Below are positions 1 through 7,429 of a stretch of DNA of 64,000 nucleotides, piece by piece; positions within the stretch are counted from its first letter, which is position 1; each line of letters starts with the position of its first letter. This DNA is from Spirochaetia bacterium (GTDB lineage: Bacteria; Spirochaetota; Spirochaetia; DSM-2461). The DNA is taken from positions 1,056,001 through 1,120,000 of the forward strand of contig OY764216.1 in NCBI GenBank assembly GCA_963668315.1. Direction: 5' to 3'. Both the position numbers and the translations under genes were made by a program. Under the pieces are notes generated by a model. It was not told the DNA's origin. It worked only from the letters and a program-made list of their open reading frames with translations, and ran no database searches.

Positions 1-197
1 GCGAGGATCAGCGTGGTCCTGAGGGCGCTCATGATCGTCCTGTCATTGAAGAGGGCCGCGTACCAGCGCAGGGAGAAGCCGGTCCAGTTCAGGGCCGATT
101 TGGAATCGTTGAAGGAGTAGAGAATCAGAATCATGATGGGCAGGTAGAGAAAGACCAGGGCCAGCCCGATGAGGGAGCGGGATAAAAGGCGCTTCAT
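1..197 (-). CDS. potC: Spermidine/putrescine ABC permease PotC (5' part only; continues beyond window start)
   Basis: Manual translation from ATG at 197: MKRLLSRSLIGLALVFLYLPIMILILYSFNDSKSALNWTGFSLRWY..., the typical PotC N-terminus (FLYLP..YSFN..GFSLRWY). ATGA overlap with the potB stop. Confidence 0.9.
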   Translation of the reverse strand, partial: MKRLLSRSLIGLALVFLYLPIMILILYSFNDSKSALNWTGFSLRWYAALFNDRTIMSALRTTLIL

Positions 198-1024
198 CGG
201 ATATGCTCGCTTGACCTGTTCAGCCGGTTCATCAGGACCATGATCAGCATGATCACCGTGATGAGTATCAGGGAGATGGCGCTGCCGAAGGTTTCGTCGG
301 CTGTCTTGAGGAACTGCTGCTCCACCAGGTTGCCGATCATCATATCCTGCCCGCCTCCGAGGATCACGGGAATGAGAAAGGTGCTCACCGAGGGCATGAA
401 CGTCATGGTTATGCCCGAGAAGATTCCCGGAAGGGCCAGGGGGAGGATCACTTTCAGCTGAAGCCTGAGCTGGTGGGAACCCAGATCCCGCGCCGCCTCG
501 ATCAGCCTTTTATCGATTTTGATCAGGGAATTCAGGATGGGCAGGACCATGAAGGGGAGGAAATTGTACACCATTCCCAGAAGCACGGCCCCCCGGGTGT
601 AGAGAATCTCCACAGGCTGGGCGCCCAGGAAGGTCAGAATCCCGTTCAGAAGGCCGTCATGGCGCAGGATCGGTTTCCAGGCATAGGTTTTGATGAGGAA
701 ATTGATCCACATGGGAACCATGAGAAGGAGCATCAGAAGGTTTCTTGTCTCCTTCTGTTCTCTGCTCACCGCCAGAGCCAGCGGATAGGCGACGATCAGA
801 CAAATCAGCGTGGCCGCCGCAGCCATGGCCAGTGAGAAGCCCAGAATATTCAGATACAGGGGATCGAAAAACGTCCGGTATCCCCTCAGGGTAAGGACAA
901 ACTTTCCCGTCTCCTTGAGCGGTTCCGTCAGGCTGAAGAGAAGGATAAGAAGGAGGGGAAAGAGTATCAGAACGGCAGACCAGAGAACGTAGGGCAGGCC
1001 GTACCAGTGGTAACGGGTCTTCAA
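194..1024 (-). CDS. potB: Spermidine/putrescine ABC permease PotB
   Basis: Multi-TM protein with YNFLPFMVLPI and EAA loop (LIEAARDLG); lies between potA and potC. Confidence 0.9.
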   Translation of the reverse strand: MKTRYHWYGLPYVLWSAVLILFPLLLILLFSLTEPLKETGKFVLTLRGYRTFFDPLYLNILGFSLAMAAAATLICLIVAYPLALAVSREQKETRNLLMLLLMVPMWINFLIKTYAWKPILRHDGLLNGILTFLGAQPVEILYTRGAVLLGMVYNFLPFMVLPILNSLIKIDKRLIEAARDLGSHQLRLQLKVILPLALPGIFSGITMTFMPSVSTFLIPVILGGGQDMMIGNLVEQQFLKTADETFGSAISLILITVIMLIMVLMNRLNRSSEHIR

Positions 1025-1027
1025 TTC

Positions 1028-2092
1028 TCAGGTCTCCTCGAACATTACATGAATGGCATCCGGTTCAATGAGCATCTCCACATTCTCTCCCGGTTCCGCC
1101 TTGGCCGTACTGTGGATAAGCCATGTCCGGTCGCCCGATTCCACGGTCATTTCCCAGTGGACTCCCTTGAACAGGTTTGAAAGGACCCGCCCGGGGAGAA
1201 CATTCTCCCCCGGGGAGGAAGAGGAGGGAGACCTGAGGATTATATCCTCCGGCCGGATAACCACGCGGGGCTGGAAGTCTCCCTGTCTGAGGGTGTCGAC
1301 GCAGAGGAAATCCCGTCCGCAGAATTCCACCTGGCGATCGCCGGACATCCGGGCATCAAGTATATTGCTTTCTCCCACAAAGGAGGCCACGAAGGTATTC
1401 CGGGGCTCATTGTAGATATCCTCGGGGGTGCCCCACTGCTGCAGCCGGCCCTCGTTCATAACGGCGATACGGTCGGAGAGGGAGAGGGCTTCCTCCTGGT
1501 CGTGGGTGATATAGAGAAAGGTAATTCCCACCTGCTGCTGGATCCTTTTCAGCTCCCGCTGCATATTCTGGCGCAGCTTGAGGTCAAGAGCTCCGAGGGG
1601 CTCGTCAAGCAGGAGAAGGGAGGGATGGTTCACCAGGGCCCGGGCTATGGCCACACGCTGCTGCTGGCCGCCCGAAAGGGATTGAATCGGCCGCTTTTCT
1701 AGGCCGGGCAGATTGACCAGCTCCAGCATCTCCGACGTCATCCGCCGTATGTGCCTGCGGTCTTTCCCGGCGCATTCCATTCCGAAGGCAATGTTCTCGC
1801 CGACGGACAAATGGGGAAAGAGAGCGTATTGCTGAAAAACTGTATTGACCGGCCGCTTGTGGGGGGGGATCGGGTTCATGGACTTGCCTTCCATGATAAT
1901 GGCTCCGCCATCCGGTTCTTCGAAGCCGCCGATCATGCGCAGAGTCGTCGTCTTTCCGCAGCCGCTCGGTCCCAGGAGTGAAACGAAATCACCCTTCGCC
2001 AGGCTCAGGTTAAGAGAATCAACCGCTTTATTTTCACCGTCATAGGATTTGGTCAGGTTCTCCAGTTCTAGGAGAATCTTTTCTTCCCTCAA
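1028..2092 (-). CDS. potA: Spermidine/putrescine ABC ATP-binding protein PotA
   Basis: Walker [40 protein letters not shown]-terminal TOBE-like region. TTG start overlaps the upstream stop (TTGA). Confidence 0.93.
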   Translation of the reverse strand: MREEKILLELENLTKSYDGENKAVDSLNLSLAKGDFVSLLGPSGCGKTTTLRMIGGFEEPDGGAIIMEGKSMNPIPPHKRPVNTVFQQYALFPHLSVGENIAFGMECAGKDRRHIRRMTSEMLELVNLPGLEKRPIQSLSGGQQQRVAIARALVNHPSLLLLDEPLGALDLKLRQNMQRELKRIQQQVGITFLYITHDQEEALSLSDRIAVMNEGRLQQWGTPEDIYNEPRNTFVASFVGESNILDARMSGDRQVEFCGRDFLCVDTLRQGDFQPRVVIRPEDIILRSPSSSSPGENVLPGRVLSNLFKGVHWEMTVESGDRTWLIHSTAKAEPGENVEMLIEPDAIHVMFEET

Positions 2093-2334
2093 GAATCCTC
2101 GTCTCCGTAGTCTTCGTCATCGGACGCCACCTCGACCAGATCTTCCTGTAGAGCCAGGGCCAGTTCGTCGGGGTATTCGCTTAATTCGTCAATGGGAATA
2201 TCGTATAGCTTGTATTTTTCAAGAGGATTCTCTTCTTTAAGATAGAAACGCTCTTCCTGAGCTCTGTCTCTGTCGGAAAAGACACAGATGGCTTCCCCGT
2301 TTTCAGAAATAAACCACAAGGATTCTTCGGTCAT
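2089..2334 (-). CDS. Small acidic hypothetical protein (81 aa), paralog A; first gene of the pot operon
   Basis: AAGGA upstream of the ATG; stop overlaps the potA start; ungapped similarity to the ORF at 2847-3053. Confidence 0.8.
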   Translation of the reverse strand: MTEESLWFISENGEAICVFSDRDRAQEERFYLKEENPLEKYKLYDIPIDELSEYPDELALALQEDLVEVASDDEDYGDEDS

Positions 2335-2580
2335 GACCCCGTCCTTATCGGAGCAGGGCAGGAAAGCTAACGGTCACTCGCATACGAGGGTGGTTCCCCC
2401 ATGAGGCGAAAATCCCGGGAACCCTGCTGTCGCATAGGATTCCGTGCTGCACAACTCCGAAACACACCGCCCGTAATCTTGTGTCCGGGCGCATAAGCAA
2501 AGAAGATGACAGCAGACTTCCGTTAGCATACAGGGTCCGTAGGTCTGCAGCTCACAATCGTCAACAACGATAAATGAGTT
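2335..2580 (-). ncRNA. Candidate structured cis-regulatory leader, copy A
   Basis: GCAGAC/GTCTGC hairpin (2512-2548) enclosing GGACCCTGTATGCTAAC, further stems and AGTTGTGCAG; the same motif occurs in copy B. Confidence 0.6.
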
Positions 2581-2589
2581 GAATTAGAT

Positions 2590-2676
2590 ATAGTACGTGG
2601 AACAACGTTCTGTCAAGGTTTTTATCTAAGAAAAATAGTGAACTTATTGACCTAGAGAGCGTTTTAAGGGTATAAG
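2590..2676. promoter_or_regulatory. Divergent sigma70-like promoters
   Basis: Minus strand: TTGACA (2616-2611) followed by TACTAT/TATATC with non-ideal spacing. Plus strand: TTGACC (2647-2652)-18 nt-TATAAG (2671-2676). Confidence 0.55.
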
Positions 2677-2684
2677 CCTCATAT

Positions 2685-2846
2685 ACAGAGCAGACAAAGG
2701 ACCCTCCATGCTAACAATGTCTGCTTATATCTTTTGTTCTTGGAAGGAAGAATCCCCTCGGGGCTTCAGAAAAGGTATAAGTGGTGCAGTGTGGTTCTCC
2801 CCGGTCCGGGTTTCCCCTCCCCCTCCATCCTTCCCGGGAGGACTTA
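2685..2846 (+). ncRNA. Candidate structured cis-regulatory leader, copy B
   Basis: AGCAGACA/TGTCTGCT hairpin (2689-2725) enclosing GGACCCTCCATGCTAAC; alternative duplex 2721-2735/2770-2784; AGTGGTGCAG; CCTCC anti-SD tracts. Confidence 0.6.
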
Positions 2847-3053
2847 ATGGCAAAAAAAGATTTCTGGTTTGTCTCCAACGGTATACAGGTTTTGAATGTA
2901 TTCACAAAAAAAGAGGAGGGTGAATCCTTTCTCAATAAGTATAAAGACGATCCTGATTTCGAATATTACTACCTTTATTCCCTGTTTGAGTCTGATCTGG
3001 ACGATTACCCGGATGAATATGAACTGCTCCTCTCCAGAGAGCTTCTAGAGTAG
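2847..3053 (+). CDS. Small acidic hypothetical protein (68 aa), paralog B
   Basis: GGAGG SD before ATG 2847 (MAKKDFWFVSNG...); 20/68 ungapped identities with the 2089-2334 product. Confidence 0.8.
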   Translation: MAKKDFWFVSNGIQVLNVFTKKEEGESFLNKYKDDPDFEYYYLYSLFESDLDDYPDEYELLLSRELLE

Positions 3054-3064
3054 TATTCCTCAAA

Positions 3065-3082
3065 TCCCCCTCCCCAGGGGGA
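3065..3082 (+). terminator. Hairpin after paralog B (possible terminator or stabiliser)
   Basis: TCCCCCT-cccc-AGGGGGA; no clear U-tract. Confidence 0.3.
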
Positions 3083-3193
3083 CGGCAATTCCATTCATCA
3101 TTTCTTTCTCGGAGATAATCTGCTTGAAAGGCCTGGCGGCCGGTTCCGCCGTGGGGATTTGCTTTTTTCGGCGCTTTCCCTTACTCTGGAACT

Positions 3194-4039
3194 ATGAACA
3201 GAGAATACAGAGAGATAAATACGTCCTCCGGACTGGCAGCCTACAGAAAAGAACTGGGAGAGAGGCAGATCGGGAAGATCGCCATGGATTTTGAAGCGGA
3301 ATTCAACCTGCACGTGTACGGAGAGCATCTCTGCCTTATACAGGTTTTTGACGGAAGGGATTATCTTCTCATAGATCCGGTGAAAATCGACCCGGCCGAA
3401 CTGAAGGCTTTTCTGGAGATGAAGAGCCCGGTCAAGCTCTTTTTCGGAGCCGATTCGGACAAGATGCTTGTCTATAAGCAGTACGGCATAAAGATCGCCT
3501 CCCTTTTTGATGTCCAGATTCTGGCGGAAGTACTGGAGCTTGAGAAAAAAGGCCTGGACAGCGTACTTTTCTCCCAGCTGGGGGTGGAAGTGGAAAAGAA
3601 AAAAAAGTTCCAGCAGTACAACTGGTTCAGACGTCCCCTGGAAGACGAGGCCAAGGCATACGCTCTGGGAGATGTGGAATATCTCTTCAATCTGAGCGAA
3701 GTGATGATGAAGAAGATCGTCGAGAAAAACCTGGTCGAAGAGATGGCTTTTCGTATAGCCTCAAGCCACCTGGATTACGACAGGAAGACGGTTCCCGGCA
3801 TTTTCAAAACCCCGGCCTATAAGAAAATGTCAAAAAAGGCGAAGGAAGCCTATGCCCGTGCTGTGGATATCAGGGAGGAGATTGCCAAAGAGGTGAACTG
3901 CCCTCCCAATACGGTTCTGACCAAGCAGGACCTGGCGGATATCGCCTATGACAGAGGAGCTATCCAGCGGATCCGTTTCAATAAGAGACTTCCCGAATCG
4001 GCCAGGAACAAGCTCAGGGAGAGGATCCTGGGGGATTAG
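3194..4039 (+). CDS. rnd: Ribonuclease D-like 3'-5' exonuclease with C-terminal HRDC domain
   Basis: DEDDy motifs: IAMDFEAE, LCLIQV, LFDVQI, W..RPL...YALGDV; HRDC-like tail (REEIAKEVNCPPNTVL). Confidence 0.8.
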   Translation: MNREYREINTSSGLAAYRKELGERQIGKIAMDFEAEFNLHVYGEHLCLIQVFDGRDYLLIDPVKIDPAELKAFLEMKSPVKLFFGADSDKMLVYKQYGIKIASLFDVQILAEVLELEKKGLDSVLFSQLGVEVEKKKKFQQYNWFRRPLEDEAKAYALGDVEYLFNLSEVMMKKIVEKNLVEEMAFRIASSHLDYDRKTVPGIFKTPAYKKMSKKAKEAYARAVDIREEIAKEVNCPPNTVLTKQDLADIAYDRGAIQRIRFNKRLPESARNKLRERILGD

Positions 4040-4041
4040 TC

Positions 4042-4071
4042 TTGACATGTGCATGGTAGTGCATGTATATT
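4042..4071 (+). promoter_or_regulatory. Promoter with overlapping candidate ArsR operator
   Basis: TTGACA(4042)-18-TATATT(4066); ATGTGCA-N5-GTGCAT at 4047-4064, repeated at 4438-4455. Confidence 0.55.
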
Positions 4072-4082
4072 TTGCGTTGTAA

Positions 4083-4421
4083 ATGAAAGACCCCGAACTG
4101 GTGCGGCAGCTGGAAAACCTCTTTGACTCCGATTTCTTTAAGGTTCTGTCCGAACCGGTACGCCTTGAGATCCTGCGGTTTCTGGCTATGAACGGTACCT
4201 GTTCCATCGGGGAAGTCTCCGAGGGGTTTCCACAGGATCGTTCGGTTATTTCCCGCCATTTGAAGCAAATGTCACAGGAGGGAATGGTTCTCACGGAAAA
4301 GCGGGGGCGCTATATTTATTACAGCATCAACGGAAGAGATCTGCTTCGCCGTTTGGAGAACATGACAGATAATCTGCGACTTTTCCTGCGGGAGAACTGT
4401 CCCGACTGTGGGGATGTGTAG
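4083..4421 (+). CDS. ArsR/SmtB-family transcriptional regulator
   Basis: FKVLSEPVRLEILRFL...SVISRHLKQM...EKRGRYIYYS winged HTH; C-terminal CPDC. Confidence 0.9.
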   Translation: MKDPELVRQLENLFDSDFFKVLSEPVRLEILRFLAMNGTCSIGEVSEGFPQDRSVISRHLKQMSQEGMVLTEKRGRYIYYSINGRDLLRRLENMTDNLRLFLRENCPDCGDV

Positions 4422-4488
4422 TTTTATTTATTTTTAAATGTGCAAATATGTGCATAAATGCCCTTTAAGGAGGGCTAAGGAGATGTTA

Positions 4489-5301
4489 ATGGATCAGGTT
4501 TATGATGGGATGGAGCTTTTTGTTTTTTCCGGAACGGGCAATTCGCTGGATATGGCCCGTAAGTTGCTGAATGGTTTGGGCGGGGGGAGAATCCGCATGA
4601 TCAACACCCGGCTGCTGGAGCAGGAAAAAATAGAGAGCCGGGCGTCGCTTGTGGGATTCGTCTTCCCCGTTTACTTTCTCGATCTTCCCGCTCCGGTGAA
4701 AGCCCTGCTGGACAGGATAGAATTGATACGCGAATGCAGAATCTTTGCTCTGGCGACTTGCGGACAGCTTGAAGGTCCCGTTCTGGAACGGGTCAGCGAA
4801 ATCCTGGAGAAAAGGGGACATACTTTGGAAAGCGGCTTCGTCCAGTATATGCCGGGGAACAGTATTGTTTTCCATGATTCCGATGGGCAGAAGGAAGAGA
4901 AGCTCCGGGAGGCGGACGGGCATGTGGAGGGTATTATCCGCAGTATAAGGGGAGGGGATGCGATCCATGAGGGAAAAAGCCGAAGATGGCATAGGGCCGC
5001 AGGAAAGCTGACCCGCTGGAGTTATGATAACCTCTATAAAGTGGGAGCAAAAAATGCGCTTCCCGGGGAATGCACCGGCTGCGGTCTCTGTGCCCGGGTC
5101 TGTCCTATGGAGAACATCAAGATGGAAACGGCGGCGGGGGAAGAAGCACCGTCTCCCCGCTGGAAGGAAAATTGCGCCGAATGCTTTGCCTGTATTCACT
5201 GGTGCCCTTCCCGGGCGGTGAGAGCGGGCCGTCTGAGGGTTGACGCCGGGACGCGCTATACCCATCCGCGGGTTAAGGCGAGTCAGTTGGGGTGTTCCTG
5301 A
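4489..5301 (+). CDS. EFR1-family flavodoxin/2x[4Fe-4S] ferredoxin protein
   Basis: FSGTGNS, GFVFPVY, CTGCGLCARVCP and CAECFACIHWCP, RYTHP. Start set at ATG 4489 behind the AAGGAG SD. Confidence 0.88.
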   Translation: MDQVYDGMELFVFSGTGNSLDMARKLLNGLGGGRIRMINTRLLEQEKIESRASLVGFVFPVYFLDLPAPVKALLDRIELIRECRIFALATCGQLEGPVLERVSEILEKRGHTLESGFVQYMPGNSIVFHDSDGQKEEKLREADGHVEGIIRSIRGGDAIHEGKSRRWHRAAGKLTRWSYDNLYKVGAKNALPGECTGCGLCARVCPMENIKMETAAGEEAPSPRWKENCAECFACIHWCPSRAVRAGRLRVDAGTRYTHPRVKASQLGCS

Positions 5302-5328
5302 GCAAAGGAATGCCGCTGGAGAATGGGA

Positions 5329-6381
5329 TCAGTTTTCCCGCCGGACCCTGGTTATGCCGTCGATCTCAGGGGAAAAATCGCCCAGGACAGCATCGTAAAG
5401 CGTGGTGGCACCCGTTATTTTTATCCAGCTGATTTCATCGAGGCTAACCGAATCAAAAGTATCGGGATCGACGGCCCAGGCTATATCGACGGCGTCGCCG
5501 CCGCCTGAGCCCGCATCGATAGTTCTGTCGCCCGGAGTATCTGGAGTCGTATAGAAGTAGACCGGATCTATTTCGGGGTAGTCCTCGCTATTGCGGATAC
5601 TGTTGTCGGTAGAACTGTCACCCGAAGCGCCAGACATATCGCCCAGGATCAGGGTAGGGGTGACATCGGCGTATCCTGTAGAAATTACCCCTTCTCCCGC
5701 ATAGGAGAAAAGGGAGTCGGGAAGGGTGAAGACCGAAGATAAGGTAAGAGGGGACGCGGCACCCTGCGGCCACCAGTTCTCTGCCAGGTCATCTGCCAGG
5801 TAGGTGATGTTCTCGGCGGAGTCGCTGGACGAGAGGTGAGAGCCGGGAATCAGATACCAGGTGTCATTCATCATCCCATCACCGTCCTCGTCCTTCATAA
5901 CCCATATAATTCCCGGTTCCTGCCAGGCTTTTGAAGAATTTCCCCCGTACCAGTAGGCATTCCCGAATACAATGAAATCGTACCCGCCTATGTTGTCGAC
6001 ATGGTTTTCGATGGGGGGATCGAACCTTACCGTGACAGAGCCGCCGGCCATGCCCAGGGAGACGACAGAGGAGTTGTCCGGGACGATGGTGCCTCCGCCG
6101 GAAGGAAAATTCAGTAGTTTGGCCGAATTCGCCGAGACGCTGTAGGTGGAACTGTTTACGAAAAGACCCGGCGCTGTAACGCTGTCATCCAGCAGGACAT
6201 CCGCCGGGTAGTATTCGCTGCGGTTATAGGCCAGTGACGGCTCTACCCAGCCGTCGGGGACGTATCCTGCCGGAAGATCTTCGCTTGAACTCTCGCCGCC
6301 GTCATCCCCCGAGTCCGGAGTCAGCCCGGAGCAGGAAATGAGGAGCCATAGCAGAAAGAACGGCAGAATACGCTTGATCAT
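5329..6381 (-). CDS. Lipoprotein resembling Bacteroidota B12-locus surface proteins (BtuH-like)
   Basis: Lipobox LLISC. SLGMAGGSVTVRFDPPIEN..GYDFIVFGNA..EPGIIWVMKDEDGDG..DTWY..GS and GGDAVDIAWAVD match, from memory, the cell-surface domain of Bacteroides btu loci. Lies downstream of the cobalamin riboswitch. Confidence 0.6.
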   Translation of the reverse strand: MIKRILPFFLLWLLISCSGLTPDSGDDGGESSSEDLPAGYVPDGWVEPSLAYNRSEYYPADVLLDDSVTAPGLFVNSSTYSVSANSAKLLNFPSGGGTIVPDNSSVVSLGMAGGSVTVRFDPPIENHVDNIGGYDFIVFGNAYWYGGNSSKAWQEPGIIWVMKDEDGDGMMNDTWYLIPGSHLSSSDSAENITYLADDLAENWWPQGAASPLTLSSVFTLPDSLFSYAGEGVISTGYADVTPTLILGDMSGASGDSSTDNSIRNSEDYPEIDPVYFYTTPDTPGDRTIDAGSGGGDAVDIAWAVDPDTFDSVSLDEISWIKITGATTLYDAVLGDFSPEIDGITRVRREN

Positions 6382-6395
6382 ACCTTTTTCCTTTG

Positions 6396-7151
6396 TTACT
6401 GCTTAACGCAGGACCCCGTATAGCTGTAAAAACTGGAAGTGGATACACTGTAATTGGCTACTGCTTCGGCGGCGGTAGGGGCGCCGTCAGTATAGCTGGA
6501 ATTATAGCCTTCGCTTATGTCTACCTGAGTCTCGCCATCGGCCGTGGAAAGATTTTTCCAGCGGTATACCACATAGCCGTCGGCATCGTCATTATAGGAA
6601 GGTGCCGTGGCGTATTTGACTACGGCGTAACCGCAGTCGCTGCTTTCCGTATCGCCCGCGTTGAACCCGTCATTGCTGTAATCTATGATGGTAAAGCTGT
6701 AGTCGGGAGTTGTTGAAGCAAGAGAACTGTGTTTCTCAATGGTTGTATCGGTTACAACCCATTTTTCCGGCCAATTAGCGTCTGCATGATACCAGGTTCC
6801 AATTACTTCCAACTCATCATTGACGTGGACATTGATAACGGCGCTTTTTGATCCCGCGGTTGCTGTTATCTGAGCTGTTCCGGTTCCTGTAGCGGAAACA
6901 ACACCATCAACAACCGTGGCAATCGTCTCATCCGAAGTGCTCCAGGTGACTGATTTGTCATCGGCATCGGAAGGAAGAACGGTTGCCGTTGCTGTGAATG
7001 TATCGTTAGTATTCAGCATTTGCAGATAACTGTCCAATGTGATGCTCGAAACGGCAACCTCATCATCGGTAAACATGTCGCAGCCGACGAACGAAAAGAG
7101 AAGAACGGCCGTAACAGCAGCGGCCCCAAAGAATTTACGTGCTTTTTTCAT
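6396..7151 (-). CDS. Ig-like (Big_2) domain lipoprotein under cobalamin riboswitch control
   Basis: Lipobox FSFVGC; Big_2 motif ATVLPSDADDKSVTWSTSDETIATV.DGVVSA...GTAQITATAG; GGAGG SD. Confidence 0.8.
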   Translation of the reverse strand: MKKARKFFGAAAVTAVLLFSFVGCDMFTDDEVAVSSITLDSYLQMLNTNDTFTATATVLPSDADDKSVTWSTSDETIATVVDGVVSATGTGTAQITATAGSKSAVINVHVNDELEVIGTWYHADANWPEKWVVTDTTIEKHSSLASTTPDYSFTIIDYSNDGFNAGDTESSDCGYAVVKYATAPSYNDDADGYVVYRWKNLSTADGETQVDISEGYNSSYTDGAPTAAEAVANYSVSTSSFYSYTGSCVKQ

Positions 7152-7245
7152 CATTTCCTCCATGAAAAAGTGCTTTCATTCGAGGAACTAAAAGGGAATT
7201 CACAGCGTGAAGATTCCGACTCAGTCCGCGAAGTCTGGATATCCT

Positions 7246-7340
7246 ACGGCAAGTGTGTGTATCTGGCTTAAGGAAGCTTTTTCCTATCACAGTGACGCGA
7301 TCGCGGAGGATTCTCACCTCCTTCCATTGACAGATGCCGT
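7246..7340 (-). ncRNA. Cobalamin riboswitch (short form)
   Basis: Minus strand reads ACGGCA...AATGGAAGGAGGTGAGAATCCTCCGCGATCGCGTCACTGTGA...AAGCCAGATAC...TGCCGT: P1 closure, GGTGnnAnTCC T-loop stem, CACTGTGA, AGCCAGA B12-box. A downstream hairpin (TTCCTC..ATGAAA/TTTCAT..GAGGAA) sequesters the SD of the 7151 gene. Adjacent to a BtuB-like gene. Confidence 0.85.
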
Positions 7341-7351
7341 TGTCGTGTCCA

Positions 7352-7402
7352 AGAATACCGGTATCCCGGGGGAGTGTCAAGTTTTCGGACATTATGTATA
7401 AT
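7352..7402. promoter_or_regulatory. Overlapping divergent promoters
   Basis: Minus: TTGACA(7380-7375)-17-TATTCT, placing the start site at the riboswitch 5' end. Plus: GTGTCA-17-TATAAT(7397-7402) ahead of btuB. Confidence 0.65.
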
Positions 7403-7429
7403 CAGCATAAAAGAGCATTGGGAGAATTC

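Noticed and set aside
2781..2846. GTG-initiated N-terminal extension of paralog B (90 aa in the ORF track)
   Set aside because: The GGAGG SD and the Met1-to-Met1 alignment with paralog A put the start at 2847; the extension lies in the structured leader.
2335..2846. Leader motif as a known SAM-I, T-box, ykkC or M-box element, or a tRNA
   Set aside because: It lacks the consensus features I know for those classes; it needs an Rfam search and is kept as an unassigned candidate.
7334..7429. Upstream extension of the BtuB ORF
   Set aside because: It overlaps the promoters and riboswitch; the signal peptide and SD fit ATG 7430.
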